Origin: Octopus vulgaris
Lineage: Eukaryota
Reading direction: 5' to 3'
Length of the DNA stretch: 64,000 bases
Assembly (NCBI GenBank): GCA_951406725.2
Contig: OX597818.1
Span: 135,532,001-135,596,000 of the forward strand
Of the stretch, positions 1 to 13,444 are shown piece by piece. A program made the position numbers and the translations under genes. The stretch's first letter is position 1. Each line of letters starts with the position of its first letter. The notes beneath the pieces are model-generated. The model made no database searches and was not told where the DNA came from. It saw only the letters and a list, made by a program, of their open reading frames with translations.

Positions 1-139
1 CTACTACTACTACACAAGTGTGTACATGCACACACATACGCAAACATATTTCACAAAAGAGACCATCTAGGTGATTGATAATCACTCATTCACCTTTACT
101 TAACAACCATGCATCAACAAAAGAGGCTCTACATGAGCC

Positions 140-335
140 AACAAACAAGCTTCTATCACCAAAAAATACCCTCACATTACACCCTAACATCTTGAACAAG
201 GAAGGACATATTACATAATGTAGTCCAAGACTTCCGATGACCATCCCATAGACATCCAGTCCATGAGATGGTCATGGATAGAATGTCCTTGATTGTAAGT
301 CTACCCAATCAAAGTTGATCTGATACTAACAACTT
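140..335 (+). repeat. Old dispersed repeat ending in (caa)n, probably an ancient retroelement 3' end
   Basis: gatggtcatgg.tagaa...ttgat..tagg...gggctaaacaacaac-like motif recurs near 3900, 4730, 5900, 10240(-), 18330, 39700(-) and 40530(-). Confidence 0.6.
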
Positions 336-1009
336 GTTTCTTTTTGAATTTGTTTTAGTTTTACTGCAATGGATTTTTTTTTCCTTCTCTCAAATGGCAA
401 ACTGCATATCACCTCCACTCATGTTGCTTTCATCCATGTCATCTCCTCTCATGTTGTGTTACCTCTACACATATTTACTCTTCTCATGTCACATCCACTC
501 ATGTTTGTAAAGCCAGATCAACTTGAGACTGTTTTGTCATTCCCGAGTGTGGGGAATATCATAGAGCAGATTTGATGTAAACAATGTTTGAAATTATGTT
601 TGCAGGCTATCCTTGTAGCTAAACTACTTGCCTACGGTTTCCTGGTTCGATAATTTCCTGTCGGCATGTAGTGATGGATCTCTCTTAGGTCCACACTCTA
701 TAAGTTTTGGTGTGTCCAAAGTTCAGCTTTGTCTCCCTCTTCTTGTACATCAAAGTCTACTCCTATACTTATGATACCACTTATCACTATTTCTAAGCCC
801 TATCTACATGCAACCTATACACTTCACACCAAACCTGCCTCTATGAACAAAGACTTCCAAAACATTCTCCAATGGAGTCTTTTCCAACAGTACAAAGACA
901 GTCCCTGCACACATCAAGTAAATGCCCTTGTATTCCCTCACCACCAATATATAAACAACATGTGTCTAAAAACCTTTAGATTACTACAAATATTAGAAGA
1001 CCAGGCAGG

Positions 1010-1381
1010 ACAAGTGAGCCCAGCCCACTTATGCATGCCTTTCCTCCCTTGGACACACAAAGACCTGTTGAGGCAAGCGAAGTCGATATCGAACCTCATC
1101 CGACAACAGGCACCCATGCCAACCCCCTTTGCTTGCGAAGACCTGTTGGGGCAAGTGAAATCGGAATCGAAATTGAACCAATCCTATGACTGGCACCCGG
1201 CAGATGCCAGGACCCCTAGACTGGTGGTACGTAAAAAGCACTATCCGAATCGTGGCCGATGCCAGCGCCGCCTCGACTGGCTTCCATGCCGGTGGCACGT
1301 AAAAAGCACCCACTACACTCACGGAGTAACCCATGCTAGCATGGAGAACGGATGTTAAACGATGATGATGATGATGATGAT
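1010..1381 (+). mobile_element. 3' end (UTR) of RTE-type LINE or derived short element ('family D'), internally deleted
   Basis: Has ggtggcacgtaaaaagcacc units and ends catgctagcatggagaacggatgttaaac(gat)n. Same sequence at 21335, 37783, 47566 and 49944. A diverged version follows an RTE C-terminus at 43896-44326. Confidence 0.75.
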
Positions 1382-2093
1382 ATTTCTAAAGATCTCTCCT
1401 GGTAATCTCAGTATAACAGCCTGCATCTCAGAGACTAGCCTTCCACTTCAGAACCAGAAAATGCTTCAGTTTCTAACACTTACTAGCTCTGTATAAAGCT
1501 CAAATGAGATCTTCAGTAAAATTAAATTTTGGACAGTGTTGCTGTTAAACATGTGATCATCTTAGGCCTCTTCCAATAAAAGTTACCTATCTAATTAACA
1601 TAGAGTCACTCATTAGCACATTCCAACCTCTAGCCTACAAACATGCTGTCTCCTCTCACAGCTTTTTCCACTGCTCTTCAGGTCCGGTTGCTCTTACACC
1701 TCCACTCATGTCTATCCAACCCATTTGCCTCTTCTTTTAGCACCCACTTTGTGTCCATCACCTACCACAGTCCTCATTACATAGGAAACCAAAACTACAG
1801 TTTAAGGATTGCGTAAAGCCCTTGTTGAAAGCATGTGAAATATAGGAGGTCAGTTAAGAAAGCAATGCTTGTCGTCGTCACTGATGGAGGAAACAAGTAA
1901 AGGAAGGAGCAATTATTTTCAAAAAAACATGCATTTTTCATGCAGTATCTAAGGAAGCTGCCCAAAAATACACTACCAATGCAGTGAATGGGGGAACCTT
2001 GGTCTGCAATATCTATGGATGTGTATGTTTATCTTTGTCAAGAGCTGGGCTCATTAGTCACCCCAAAGTCACAAGTGTCAAATATAAAGTTAC

Positions 2094-2287
2094 CTGAGTG
2101 TACAATTTCTTAATGGGCAGCGACACTCTTCCTCGATCTTGTATATCCAAACATATAAATTCGACATGGGTGATTCTTTCTTGTCTTGGGATTCACGGTC
2201 AAACGGCTGGGTGGAATTGTGCGAAAAATGACGCAGATGATCTAGTGGTGTTGCTGAGCTTTGTATTTTTTTTTGCATAGCTCCCAT
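2094..2287 (-). CDS. Candidate first coding exon of an unidentified host gene (64 codons + 2 nt)
   Basis: Non-repetitive and locally CpG-richer. gccATGG start context. Open frame MGAMQKKIQSS...EEECRCPLRNCTL ends at CAG|GTAACT. No homology recognised. Confidence 0.35.
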
Positions 2288-2732
2288 GGCTACCGAGATA
2301 ATCTACTATAATAATACTCTTGTGTTTATGAATGAGAAAAGGAAGGGGTGATGTCATACTTGGTAGTAGGATGATGAAAATTGTATGCTGCAAAAATAAA
2401 TCAAACAGCGTTTCAACTCTGTGTGAATATATGTGTGTGTATGTAAAGGGGGGGTATGTGAATATGTGCGTGTGCGTGCACAATGGAAGTGGGATGGTTC
2501 ATCTTTGTTCGCTTAGTATTTGGATTTATTTTTTGATTTGGTTGGTCTTTTGGTTGGTCTTTTTTTTGTTGGTCAGTCATTTTTAGCGTTTTGACCAAAA
2601 ATGTCATTCTTAAATTGTTTTTTAATGTAAGTGTACCCAAACAAGTCAAATGCTTACACAGAGCAGGTTTTACAGCCACATCATCCAAAACGACCGGGTT
2701 AAATCAGGCTTAGCTGCTAGTATATATATATA

Positions 2733-2789
<57 letters not shown>

Positions 2790-3354
2790 ATATATTTATG
2801 TATATTTGCAAGATCACATTACAATGTAAGGATGAATTAATGTTGGAAAGTCTTTCTGGGAGTAGTTGGTAGGCTAAAGAAAACTTGAGGTACTTAGGTC
2901 AAATCAGAGACTTCATGTAAGTAGGCAAGAGATAGATAAATATCTTGCTGCACAGGATAGAATATCAGCCTTTTATATGTAACTTTCCACTGAAATATAA
3001 TGAGTCAAGTGTACTGTTGCCACACTCAATGGAATTTCAACAATCTAGGAGATGATGGTCCACTTTTCAGTAGTACTAGTGGTCAACTTGATGAGTAAAT
3101 AGAGGAGTCTCTGTCAACTTGCTAGAAATAGTAACCAAATTTCTCTCAAAAGCATATTGCCTCTAAAAATAGCAGGACTCATTCTAAGATACTCTTTATT
3201 TGAAAAAGAGAATGATTGGTCACAAGTGGATGGTTTTTGATGATAAATCTGCTTTGTGAAAAGTGACATAAACTGGACATAAATTGCATAATCTCTCACA
3301 CTGGATAGAATTACCTCAAAAATCATACCCTTCTATCTTCAAACAAGGACACAT

Positions 3355-3867
3355 CATCATCATCATTGTTCGACCGTGGTCGAGACAATGGAATTTACCA
3401 TGCTACACCAGACTTCATGGTCCATCATGGCATTACGGAGGTCCTGTTGCTAGATGCCTGTATCCCTGGAGATTATATCAGGGTAGGAGAGTGTGCGCCC
3501 TCTGGTATTGCGAGTAGATGGCTTCCAGAGGAGAAGAGTAGAAATTGCCTCATTTTCAGCTCTACAACAATGTCCAGCAAACTGGACTCTCCTACCTTTC
3601 ACAAGAGATGACACAGGTGGTAGTTTCCCATATATTTGCATTTTGGTTGGATGGCGCTTCCACGAGAGATTTTGAGCTCTCATAAGGAGGCGAGTGTAGG
3701 TTCCATCCAACCGCCTCTCAAGCTTCTTTGATAACGTCCAGGTTTCTGAGCCATATAGTAGAATTGGTTCGACTGTGGCTTTGAATATTTCAAGTTTGAA
3801 GTCTCTACTTAGATTTGATGACCAGATCTTATGCATGTCATTACAGGCTGACCAGGCCATACCCTTT
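3355..3867 (-). mobile_element. 5'-truncated RTE-like LINE (C-terminal ORF fragment)
   Basis: ORF 3450-3860 contains ILLYGSETWTL and FAGHCCR motifs. (gat)n tail. 11-bp TSD caaggacacat at 3344-3354 and 3868-3878. Confidence 0.9.
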
Positions 3868-4196
3868 CAAGGACACATTTGATAGTGTTGTCTTAGATAC
3901 ACTATGTCTGAATAAAAGACAGGATGGTTAAGGTTGAAACACCTTTCATTAGAGATAGGAAATGTCATTTTGTGTTGAAAGGACACATTGAAGTTACCTG
4001 TCACATGACGACTGCATTTTTAAAAAAATCTTTACACTGCCCAAGAGTTTTGGCATAAGCATTCTCATTGTTACTCCTTCTTTCTTCAGATTTCTGTTTT
4101 TAAACACAATTATAATGACTTAAAACAAATAATTACAATTATAGATAAAGAAATATAATTAGTACTTCTAAAATTTACAATTTATTTAAAAGATAA

Positions 4197-4587
4197 GCAG
4201 GAGTGGCTGTGTGGTAAGTAACTTGTTTACCAACCACATGGTTCCGGGTTCAGTCCCACTGCGTGGCACCTTGGGCAAGTGTCTTCTGCTATAGCCTCGG
4301 GCCGACCAAAGCCTTGTGAGTGGATTTGGTAGACGGAAACTGAAAGAAGCCCGTTGTATATATGTATATATATGCATGTGTGTGTTTGTGTGTCTGTTTG
4401 TCCCCCTAGCATTGCTTGACAACCGATGCTGGTGTGTTTATGTCCCCATTACTTAGCGGTTCGGCAAAAGAGACCGATAGAATAAGTACTGGGCTTACAA
4501 AAGAATAAGTCCCAGTGTCGATTAAAGGCGGTGCTCCAGCATGGCCGCAGTCAAATGACTGAAACAACTAAAAGAGTAAAGAGTAAA
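4197..4587 (+). mobile_element. tRNA-derived SINE, family A
   Basis: A box tggctgtgtggt, B box gggttcagtccc, ccttgggcaagt CORE-like block, internal TA/TG tract, gagtaaa-type tail. More than 10 copies in the window. Confidence 0.9.
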
Positions 4588-5473
4588 TGAAATTAAATGA
4601 ACAAAAAAAATATTCTAGTTGAATGATTTTTTTTCTTCCCAAACATTATACTTCTTTGAGAAGGCCAAACTTCAATCTTTAGAGAGGCACATGTAGCCTT
4701 AACGCCACAAGTTACCCCACCTCTACCTTTGATTATAAGCCTTTGTGATCAAGTCTGAGCTGAGACTAAGCAACAACAATAATTCAACCTTTTCAATTAT
4801 CCCTTATTCCATTCCTCTAATATTGATTTAGATATATCTGTTGTGGTAACAAGTCTGGAGACAAACTTGAAAGCTTAAACTGCTTTTAAAAAGACAAAAG
4901 CTTATGAAAACTATCAAGTTGATATTTGTCCAGGTGACTTTAACGACTACTCATTAACAAACACAACTGCCTTATATGTATTTTTTTAATCTCCATACTT
5001 AGGTAAAACAATAAAGAAAATTTAAGCTCTCAACAGATACTTCCCTCCCCCCCACTTCCTTCTTGGATGCTATGATATTAATAAAAAAAAATTAATCTAA
5101 AAAAGAACAATGCAGAGATGAGAGAAATTGTGATTGATTAAAAAAATTTTTTTTTAAATTAAAAAAGTCTTTTTTTTTTGTTTTTGTTTTGTTTGATGGG
5201 AGATGATTGGTTACCTGCTTGTGTAACTAATTGAACAGTATATATAATCAATAAATATTTTCATCAGCTGAGCAACTGCAAGTACAAAATATACACCTGC
5301 ATTAGTAATATTTATTGCTGTCACCACCACCATTGCTGTCAATGACAACCATAACAACAACAACAACATCTGAGGTAACCATGGAGTTGGTTTGTGGTTT
5401 CTAGACCTGATTGAGACAGCTGCCAAAAATTCTTTCAAATTTTACTATATTTTCTTATTAAAGAGAGAACATA

Positions 5474-5860
5474 GGCGCAGGAGTGGCTGTGTGGTAAGTA
5501 GCTTGCTAACCAACCACATGGTTCCGGGTTCAGTCCCACTGCGTGGCATCTTGGGCAAGTGTCTTTTTATATAGCCCCGGGCCTTGTGAGTGGATTTGGT
5601 AGACGGAAACTGAAAGAAGCCTGTCGTATATATGTATATATATATGTGTATGTGTGTCTGTGTTTGTCCCCCTAGCATTGCTTGACAACCGATGTTGGTG
5701 TGTTTACGTCCCCGTCACTTAGCGGTTTGGCAAAAGAGACCGATAGAATAAGTACTGGGCTTACAAAGAATAAGTCCCGGGGTCGAGTTGCTCGATTAAA
5801 GGCGGTACTCCAGCATGGCCGCAGTCAAAATGACTGAAACAAGTAAAAGAAAAGAAAGAA
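5474..5860 (+). mobile_element. SINE family A
   Basis: Near full-length match to the copy at 4197. Confidence 0.9.
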
Positions 5861-6444
5861 AGAATATTAGATAATGTGGTCCTAGACACTCCTAGATGGT
5901 CATGGCTAGAAAGTCTGTGATAATAGGTTTGCTGGATCTGAGTTGACCTAGGGCTAAACAGCAATGTGCCAATGTTGCTACTGCTGCCATCACCACCCAC
6001 AACATTATCAATAATACTGGAGGGGATCTCCATGTGGTCTCTCAGCCTGCAAGAAATAGTAGCCAAATGACCTTCAGATCATATTTTACATTTTTTAAAA
6101 AGGGCACATTGGATAACGTGATTCTGGGTTCCCTGTACAGAGCAAAAAGTTGGAGTTGTCACACTAGATTGGCATTAATCATAGGTCTGGATTGGCCTAG
6201 AATTAACTTTTTTGTATTCAGCTTACTCAATCCAATGTAATACTTATTTATTCACATTGTTTAGAATTATATTGTAGCCTTGAGATTTTGATGATGTGAT
6301 TGTTTATGTTTAAAATGACATTTTAGTGTTGGTAGGAAAGGCGAGATCTGGCCAGTTTGAACATAGAGCAAGTTGAATATTTTGGCCAGAAATGGCCAGT
6401 TTAAATACTTACAGGGCTAAACATCAAGAATGGCACTGGAGGGA

Positions 6445-6494
<50 letters not shown>

Positions 6495-6499
<5 letters not shown>

Positions 6500-6800
6500 C
6501 GTGACTGACCAGGCTATCAGATGTTGCTACACATCGCTGGTCACAATGCGCTTCGCATTGTTTTAGCCTTCAAATGACGCCACCCCGCTGGCTAAGCGAG
6601 CAGGCCAACAGAAGAAAGAGTGAGAGAAAGTTGTGGCGAAAGAATACTGCAGGGATCACCACCACCACCCCCTGCCGAAGCCTCGTGGAGCTTTAGGTGT
6701 TTTCGCTCAATAAACACTCACAACGCCCGGCCTGGGAATCGAAACCGCGATCCTACGACCGCGAGTCCGCTGCCCTAACCACTGGGCCATTGCGCCTCCA
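6495..6800 (-). mobile_element. tRNA-derived SINE, family B with tail B2
   Basis: Head ggaggcgcaatggcccagtggttagggc...ggtttcgattccc. Tail ...acaatgcgaagcgcattgt...tcacggtga runs into (TA)n. Confidence 0.9.
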
Positions 6801-6801
6801 C

Positions 6802-6833
<32 letters not shown>

Positions 6834-7002
6834 TTATAAATGGGAGAAAAATACATTGAATACAGCACTACTTCAAAATAAAATACAATGGTCATAAATA
6901 ACTAGAATGCCTTTTGATCCCACTGATACTATCTTTTAATAACTTTCAGATTATTTCATTCCATTTGAAGAAAACAAGCTAAATGTAAAACTTGTTTATT
7001 CT

Positions 7003-7420
7003 ATACTCTTACTCTCTCTTTACTCTTTTACTTGTTTCAGTCATTTGACTGTGGCCATGCTGGAGCACCGCCTTTAGTCGAGCAAATCGACCCCAGGACT
7101 TATTCTTTGTAAGCCTAGTACTTATTCTATCAGTCCCTTTTGCCGAACTGCTATGTTATGGGGACGTAAACACACCGGCATTGGTTGTCAAGCGATGTTG
7201 CGGGGACAAACACAGACACACAAACATATAAACACACATACATATATACATATATACGAAGGGCTTCTTTCAGCTTTCGTCTATCAAATCCACTCACAAG
7301 GCTTTGGTCAGCCCGAAGCTATAGTAGAAGACACTTGCCCAAGGTGCCATGCAGTGGGACTGAACCCGGAACCATGTGGTTAGTAAGCAAGCTACTTACC
7401 ACACAGCCACTCCTACGCCT
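7003..7420 (-). mobile_element. SINE family A
   Basis: Reverse-complement match to the copy at 5474. Confidence 0.9.
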
Positions 7421-8945
7421 ACGTCTATGTTAACCCTTTATTACCATATTTTATCAGCTTTTATCACCTTTTATTACCAAAAATGGTATTGAAATACAAT
7501 GCTTTTGTTAGAATTACTTTTAAAACAAATGAAGAATTTTGTAAAATAACTAAAACTAATGTTTAGGACATAAATTAACGTGAAGTTTTAATGAAAGGTT
7601 TTAATTTAGATGCCTTTAAATCATAGAACCAAGGACAGTCTCTGGTCTCAGAAGGGTTCAGTATTTAGGGTTTCCCTTCCCTTCAGTGTATTTAATTCAA
7701 ATAAACTGTGACTGGCATTGTTGGGACTGACTTTGGGTATCCTGGTTTTAGAACAGGTACACCTGCACTTTGTATGAGAAAAATATAAGGTTTGGTATCA
7801 AAAATGGCATCTGACCATAAAAGGGAATCATGATGGGCATGATAGAGCTCACAAGGCTATCTTCCCTTAAAACATCTGTTTTTCTTAGAAAAGAAAAATA
7901 CCAGTGGATGTACTGAGGATTGACGCAATCAGCTATATGTACCTCTGTGACAGTGTATCAATCAGCTGTGTATACCCTGGTATCAATATAGCTGATTGTA
8001 AGGCATGAAGCTGGTAGAATTGGTAGCATGCCAGGCAAAATTCTTAGCAGCATTTTGTCCGTCTTTACATTCTAAGTTTAAATTCCACTGAAGAATTTAA
8101 ACTTACTCCCTACTCCTAAATTGCTGGCCCTGTGCCAGAATTTGAAATCAGTGTGTGTGTGTGTGTGTGTGTGATTGTGTCAGTCAGTCAGATACATTCA
8201 TGGCATTGTGTCTCTGTATGAACTCAATGATAAGGATGTAGAATAACTTCCAACTGTGTTCTTAGGTGTGTTGTTGTACAGCCTAACATCAACTTTGTTA
8301 CTTTGTTCAATGATATTCCATGACCATCTCATCTTTCTTTCTCGGGCATGGTGTATATGAAACAATTTTATCTAATGTTCAGGTGGAAAACAGCAGTCTT
8401 TAGAGCATCGGACAGAATTATCATCATCATTTAATACCTATGTTCCATGCTAGCTTGTGTTAGACAACTGAACAGGATTCAATGGACCCAAGAACTGCAT
8501 CATTGTTCCAGTATCTGCTTTGGTATGGTTTCTATGTACTGGGTGCTTTTTTGCATGCCACCAGCACTAGTGAGCTCACCATGCAGCTTCCAAGACTATG
8601 AACCCTGAGGGTTAACTTTGTGCTAAGAGACAAGGGTAAAATATGGGTGACAGTATGAGAGAAGGAACCAGAGCAGAATAGGTTTCTTGCTGTACAGGAG
8701 CTACATGATTACTCACCTTTTAGAAAAAAGGGTAGTAGTGGTTCCAGTTCTCTGTACTCTGTAACTGAGTTCCAATCTTGTTGAAGCAAACTTTACCTTT
8801 TGTCCTTTCAAATTTGATAAATTAAGAACTGATATAAAGTGATGGGTTAGCAGAATGGTTAGAGCATTGTAAAAGACACCTTGTTGTATTTCTTCCAGTT
8901 CTTTACATTCAGAGTTCTTGAATGGTATACTTATCCTGGCTTATG

Positions 8946-9158
8946 AAGGCGGTGAGCTGGCAGAAACATTAGCACGCCAGGCAAAATGCTTTGCGGTATT
9001 TCGTCTGAGGTCAACTTTGCCTTTCATCCTTTTGGGGTCGATTAAATAAGTACCAGTTACGCACTGGGGTCAATATAATCAAGAACAGACACACGGATTG
9101 TGTGTCTGTCCTCAATTGCCCTCTCTGTGTTTAGCCCCTTGTGGGTAGTAAAGAAATA
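8946..9158 (+). mobile_element. tRNA-derived SINE, family C, internally deleted (B-box region missing)
   Basis: Head aaggcggtgagctggcagaa, core gcctttcatccttttggggtcgat, tail aaagaaata. 17-bp TSD ggtatacttatcctggc at 8924-8940 and 9159-9175. Confidence 0.88.
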
Positions 9159-9949
9159 GGTATACTTATCCTGGCCCCCAGTTCAGTACTCACCTCTTTG
9201 TCCTCGAGTGTCTTTAGCAGAATTCAATCTGTTCCAAGCATTTGGGACTGATCACCTGTTTGAAGATAACTTCCTTTCCTCCCAACAAGCTTTGGAGGCC
9301 TTGCAAAAACAATTGAGGGTCATGAATCCTACCCTTCTTTCTTTAATGAAACAGTAAAGAAAAATGGGGCCCACTATCAACTGATGTGATATTGACAATG
9401 AACACTATTAGATCAGGGTAGACCTGGTGATAAACAATAACGTGTATTTAGTATATAAACACCTGAGCAGCTGATACAGCTTCAACAATGAAGCTTACAA
9501 GGAAATCTTTCAACAAATGTTTTAGGCAATCTTGTACAGTTTCTAAGTACCATGTTCTGTTTATTCAATCTCAAACTACTTAATAGTTACTCCAAAGGCA
9601 AGTTGTTATTTATGACAATAATTACACAGCAACAACAACAGCAGCAGTAGTTGTAGGATGAGGAGTAGTAGTAATAAGCCATTCACAATTTTTTTGATAG
9701 CACTCGTTAATCTCCCCCTCCCCTCGTTAATCTTCTTCATGGCTATTTAATATATAACATTAGTTATTCTGACAATATCTGGTGAGGAGGTGGAGGAAGA
9801 CTAGAAGTTAATGTAAAGCAAACTATTTATTGTTGTATAAATAACAATGTGGCTTCACTCTCCATATACCTAATTAAATGGTTTCTACTAATAACAATGG
9901 TTTCTAATAACAGTCCCACAGACACACATTTGGGAATGATTATAGTTAG

Positions 9950-10200
9950 CACCTTAGCATTTAAACCATCCATATCCAACTCGTATATTCTACCTGTTCT
10001 ATGTTAAAACTTCCTAGATCCGGTATCACACATCTACCTTATGATGTCATTCTAAAAATAAGCAATCACATCATTGAAATCTCAAAGCCAGGAGATAATG
10101 CATGATTAATTCAAAAGCCAGGAGATGCATGTTTAATTCAAAACAATGTCAATAAATAAGCATAACATTTGACAGAGTAATCTGAATGCTAAAGGGTTAA
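9950..10200. mobile_element. TTAA-flanked piggyBac-like MITE, diverged
   Basis: Ends accttagcattt...aatgctaaagggttaa. Reverse-orientation match to 11738-11958. Other diverged copies at about 6202-6420 and 48025-48253. Confidence 0.75.
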
Positions 10201-11405
10201 ATCCATCCCAGTACTTCACTGCTATGTATTAGTTGTTGTTTAGCACCAGTCAGCCTTGATCAAGCAGACTTATAAGCCAATCCAGCCATAACCATCTCTT
10301 AGGGACATCTAGAACTACATTATCCAGTGTAGCTTTTCATTTCTCAAGTCAATAGAGTGTCATTTGAAGGAGGGGCCCTGGCTATTATTTTTATCAGATC
10401 TTTCATGTGGCAGTTACCTTTATTGACTCACACATATGATTTGAGTGAGATTTGATTGCTATTTCTAACAGGTCTAACTACCTTGTTGAGGTCTCCTTCA
10501 CTATTTCATACATACATGAGACAGTAGAGTGTGATTTGAAGAAGATTTGGTTGCTAATTATACTAGGTCAACCAAGATCTCTATTGTTGGCTCATACATA
10601 TGACAGCAGAAGAATTGGCTGCTTTTTCCAACAAGTTTACCTATCATATAGGGGTCTTCATTTCTGGCTCATACATACATACATACATAAGATAGTAGGA
10701 TATCATCATCATCATCTTTAAAGCATTTACTATGCTCTTTCTATCACATAACTCAGCAATTCTCAAACTGACAAATAACACCCCACTCCTGCTAAAAAAG
10801 TCTTTGTGAAATGTTTTGTCTCTCCCCCACTGTCCATGTAATTCTTCTTTCTTTGACATAGAGTTGGACAATTCTAAAAAGTTTGAAACACAATGTACAT
10901 AATTTTAACTTAATTCAACATGGCTGTGTAGTTAAGAAGTTCACTTCACAACCATTTGGTTTTGGGTTCAGTCCCACTGTACAGCACCTTGGACAAGTGT
11001 CTTCTATTCTAGCCCCAGGTTGACCAATGCCTTGCGAGTGAATTTGATAGATAGAAACTGTGCTGGTGCTACATAGAAAGCATCCAGTACACCCTGTAAA
11101 GTGGTTGGTATTAGAAAAGGCATCCATCCTTAGAAACAATGCCGAAACAGACAATTGGAGCCTGGTGCAGCTCTCTAGCTTTCCAGCCTCTGTCAAACCA
11201 TGACAGCATGGAAAACGGATGTTAAATGATGATAATGATGATAGGTGTATGCATGTGTGTGTGTGTGTGCATCTTCATGTTTGTGTTGCTGTGTTTACAT
11301 TTGTTTACATCACTGTAACTTAGCAATTCAGCAAAAACCAAACAAACAAAACAAAACAAAAATGGCTGATAGAATAAGTACTGGAGTTGATTTAATTGAC
11401 TAAAC

Positions 11406-11722
11406 CAGGGGCTCTCAACCATTTTTTTTTTATCTATGGACCCCTTTGATTATTATTTTGCTCTGGTGGACCCTCATAGGCATTCGATGTTTAAAAACTA
11501 GATTTATATATACTTCTTTCAAAATTCCTATTTGTTTTCCACACATTAATTATGTAAAATGTTAGAGAAAGGAACCTAGCTGTTTCTTGCGATACATACC
11601 AATACATACATCTAAAGCAAAATTTTTTCAGGGGCCCTTCAAATTCTATTGTAGATCCCTAATTTGATATTTTGTTACATGGATCCCCAAGAAACTTATA
11701 CAGCCTCGGCTGAGAATCACTG
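11406..11722. mobile_element. hAT (Charlie-like) MITE
   Basis: TIR caggggctctcaacc / gctgagaatcactg. 8-bp TSD gactaaac. Confidence 0.85.
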
Positions 11723-11737
11723 GACTAAACCCCTTAA

Positions 11738-11958
11738 CCCTTTAGTGTTCAGATTACTCTGTTAAATGTAATACTTTTTCACTCAAATTGTTTTGAATTA
11801 ATCCTGGATCATCTTACAGCTTTGAGGTTTCAATGATGTGATTACTTATTTTTAGAATGGCATTGTAGGTTAGGTGTGAGAGGCTGGGCATCGCCAGTTT
11901 GAATATAAAACATGTAGAATATATTGGGCCGGATTTGGACAGTTTAAACACTAAAGGG
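11738..11958. mobile_element. piggyBac-like MITE
   Basis: TTAA|ccctttagtgtt ... aacactaaaggg|TTAA. Confidence 0.88.
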
Positions 11959-12089
11959 TTAAAGCAGTGCCTCAACATGGTTTCAGTCCAGTGGCTCAAA
12001 CATGTAAAAGAGAAGAAAAGAGAAATTCCTCACAGCACTCTCTCCTTATGAGAAACAACTTGATTAATATTATGGTATCTAATAAACTG

Positions 12090-12346
12090 TGGAGGTGCGT
12101 GGCTTAGTGGTTAGGGTGTCAGCATCATGATCGTAAGATTGTGGTTTCGATTCCTGGACCGGGCAACACATTGTGTTCTTGAGCAAAACACTTCATTTCA
12201 CATTGCTCCAGTCCACTCAGCTGGAAAATGAGTAACGCTGTGATGGACTGGCATCCCGTCCAGCTGGGAACACATACGCCATTGAAACCGGGAAACCGGG
12301 CCCATGAGCCTGGCTAGGCTTTAAAAAGGCCGCTTTTATTTTTTTT
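12090..12346 (+). mobile_element. tRNA-derived SINE with B-like head, CORE-like block and V-domain-like segment
   Basis: A and B boxes. gtgttcttgagcaaaacactt. gatggactggcatcccgtccag resembles the V-SINE domain as recalled. 14-bp TSD tatctaataaactg at 12076-12089 and 12347-12360. Confidence 0.8.
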
Positions 12347-13251
12347 TATCTAATAAACTGCAGGGTTATACATTTTGGTGCAATCCTACGGTTTCCTAAA
12401 TCAACACTAGTACTTGACTGTTACTTTATTTTATTGACTTCTCCTTGATGGATGAAAGGTGTTGTTAACCCTTCATGGGATTTGAACTCAGAATATAAAA
12501 TGACCTGAATATAAACAGCCAACAGCAGTTTGGCTGCTGCCCCACCAGTTCTACTCTTCAATGCAATTCCTTAAATAATATCTAATAATAAACTGGTTTT
12601 TCTGTAGGCTTACTGGTGATTTCATGCATATTTCTGTTATTGATCTGAACTGTATGTGATTATCAATCACAATACTGCACTGCTGGATAGACATGTCAAC
12701 AATTGTATGGATCAATCAACTGTTATTACACATAACGAGAGAGCTGTGTGTGTGTGAGAGAGATTGGATAACAAAGTAACATATCAGTGCAACTGAAAAG
12801 AAGGAATGCCTTAAGAGCCAGTCCATGACTTGCTCAAGTAGCACCATCATCATGACCATTATTATCACCACTGCCACCACCATCATCATTCATCATCATC
12901 ATCATCATTACTACTAATACTACACATCACTTTCATCATCATTGCAATCATCACCACTATCATCATTGTCATCAGCAGCAATTTGGTTAACATCTATTTT
13001 TCTCTCTCTCCATTCTTGTACAGATAAGATGACTGTGTCGGCTCAGATTTATCATCATAGCTTAGGAGATGAGAGAGAGACACACACACACACAAATAGA
13101 GAATAATGATCTACAGTGGCATGTTTTTGCCAAACATAGGAAATCTAGAGGTGGGAAATGCCAAAGTAGTGTAGGATAAAGACAGAAATAGTGAAACATA
13201 GAAAGCTGGAAGTATTGATGGAAAATGAATAGAGAAAGATAAAAGAATGCT

Positions 13252-13399
13252 CTGTGGTAAGTAGCTTGCTTATGAACCACATGGTTCCAGGTTCAGTCCC
13301 ACTGCATGGCACCTTGGGCAAGTGTCTTCTGCTATAGCCTCTGGCCGACCAAAGCCTTGTGAGTGGATTTGATAGACGGAAACTGAAAGAAGCCCATTG

Positions 13400-13444
<45 letters not shown>

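Larger units (their letters stand above)
10915..12020 (+). mobile_element. Older SINE family A copy split by nested insertions
   Basis: Head 10915-11060, body 11245-11400, tail 11963-12020. Interrupted by a family D fragment and two MITEs. Confidence 0.75.

Noticed and set aside
620-730. Minus-strand open stretch TLDTPKLIECGPKRDPSLHADRKLSNQETV with possible GC donor
   Set aside because: No convincing acceptor and no recognisable homology.
729-1358. 209-aa ORF, the longest in the track
   Set aside because: Starts at a non-ATG codon and its second half is family D repeat. No recognisable domain.
4186-4422. Recurrent peptides such as RRHLPKVPRSGTEPGTMW, MVVIPAVLFHHNF and LQLDALPNANH
   Set aside because: They are SINE or LINE-UTR readings repeated at each copy, not host proteins.
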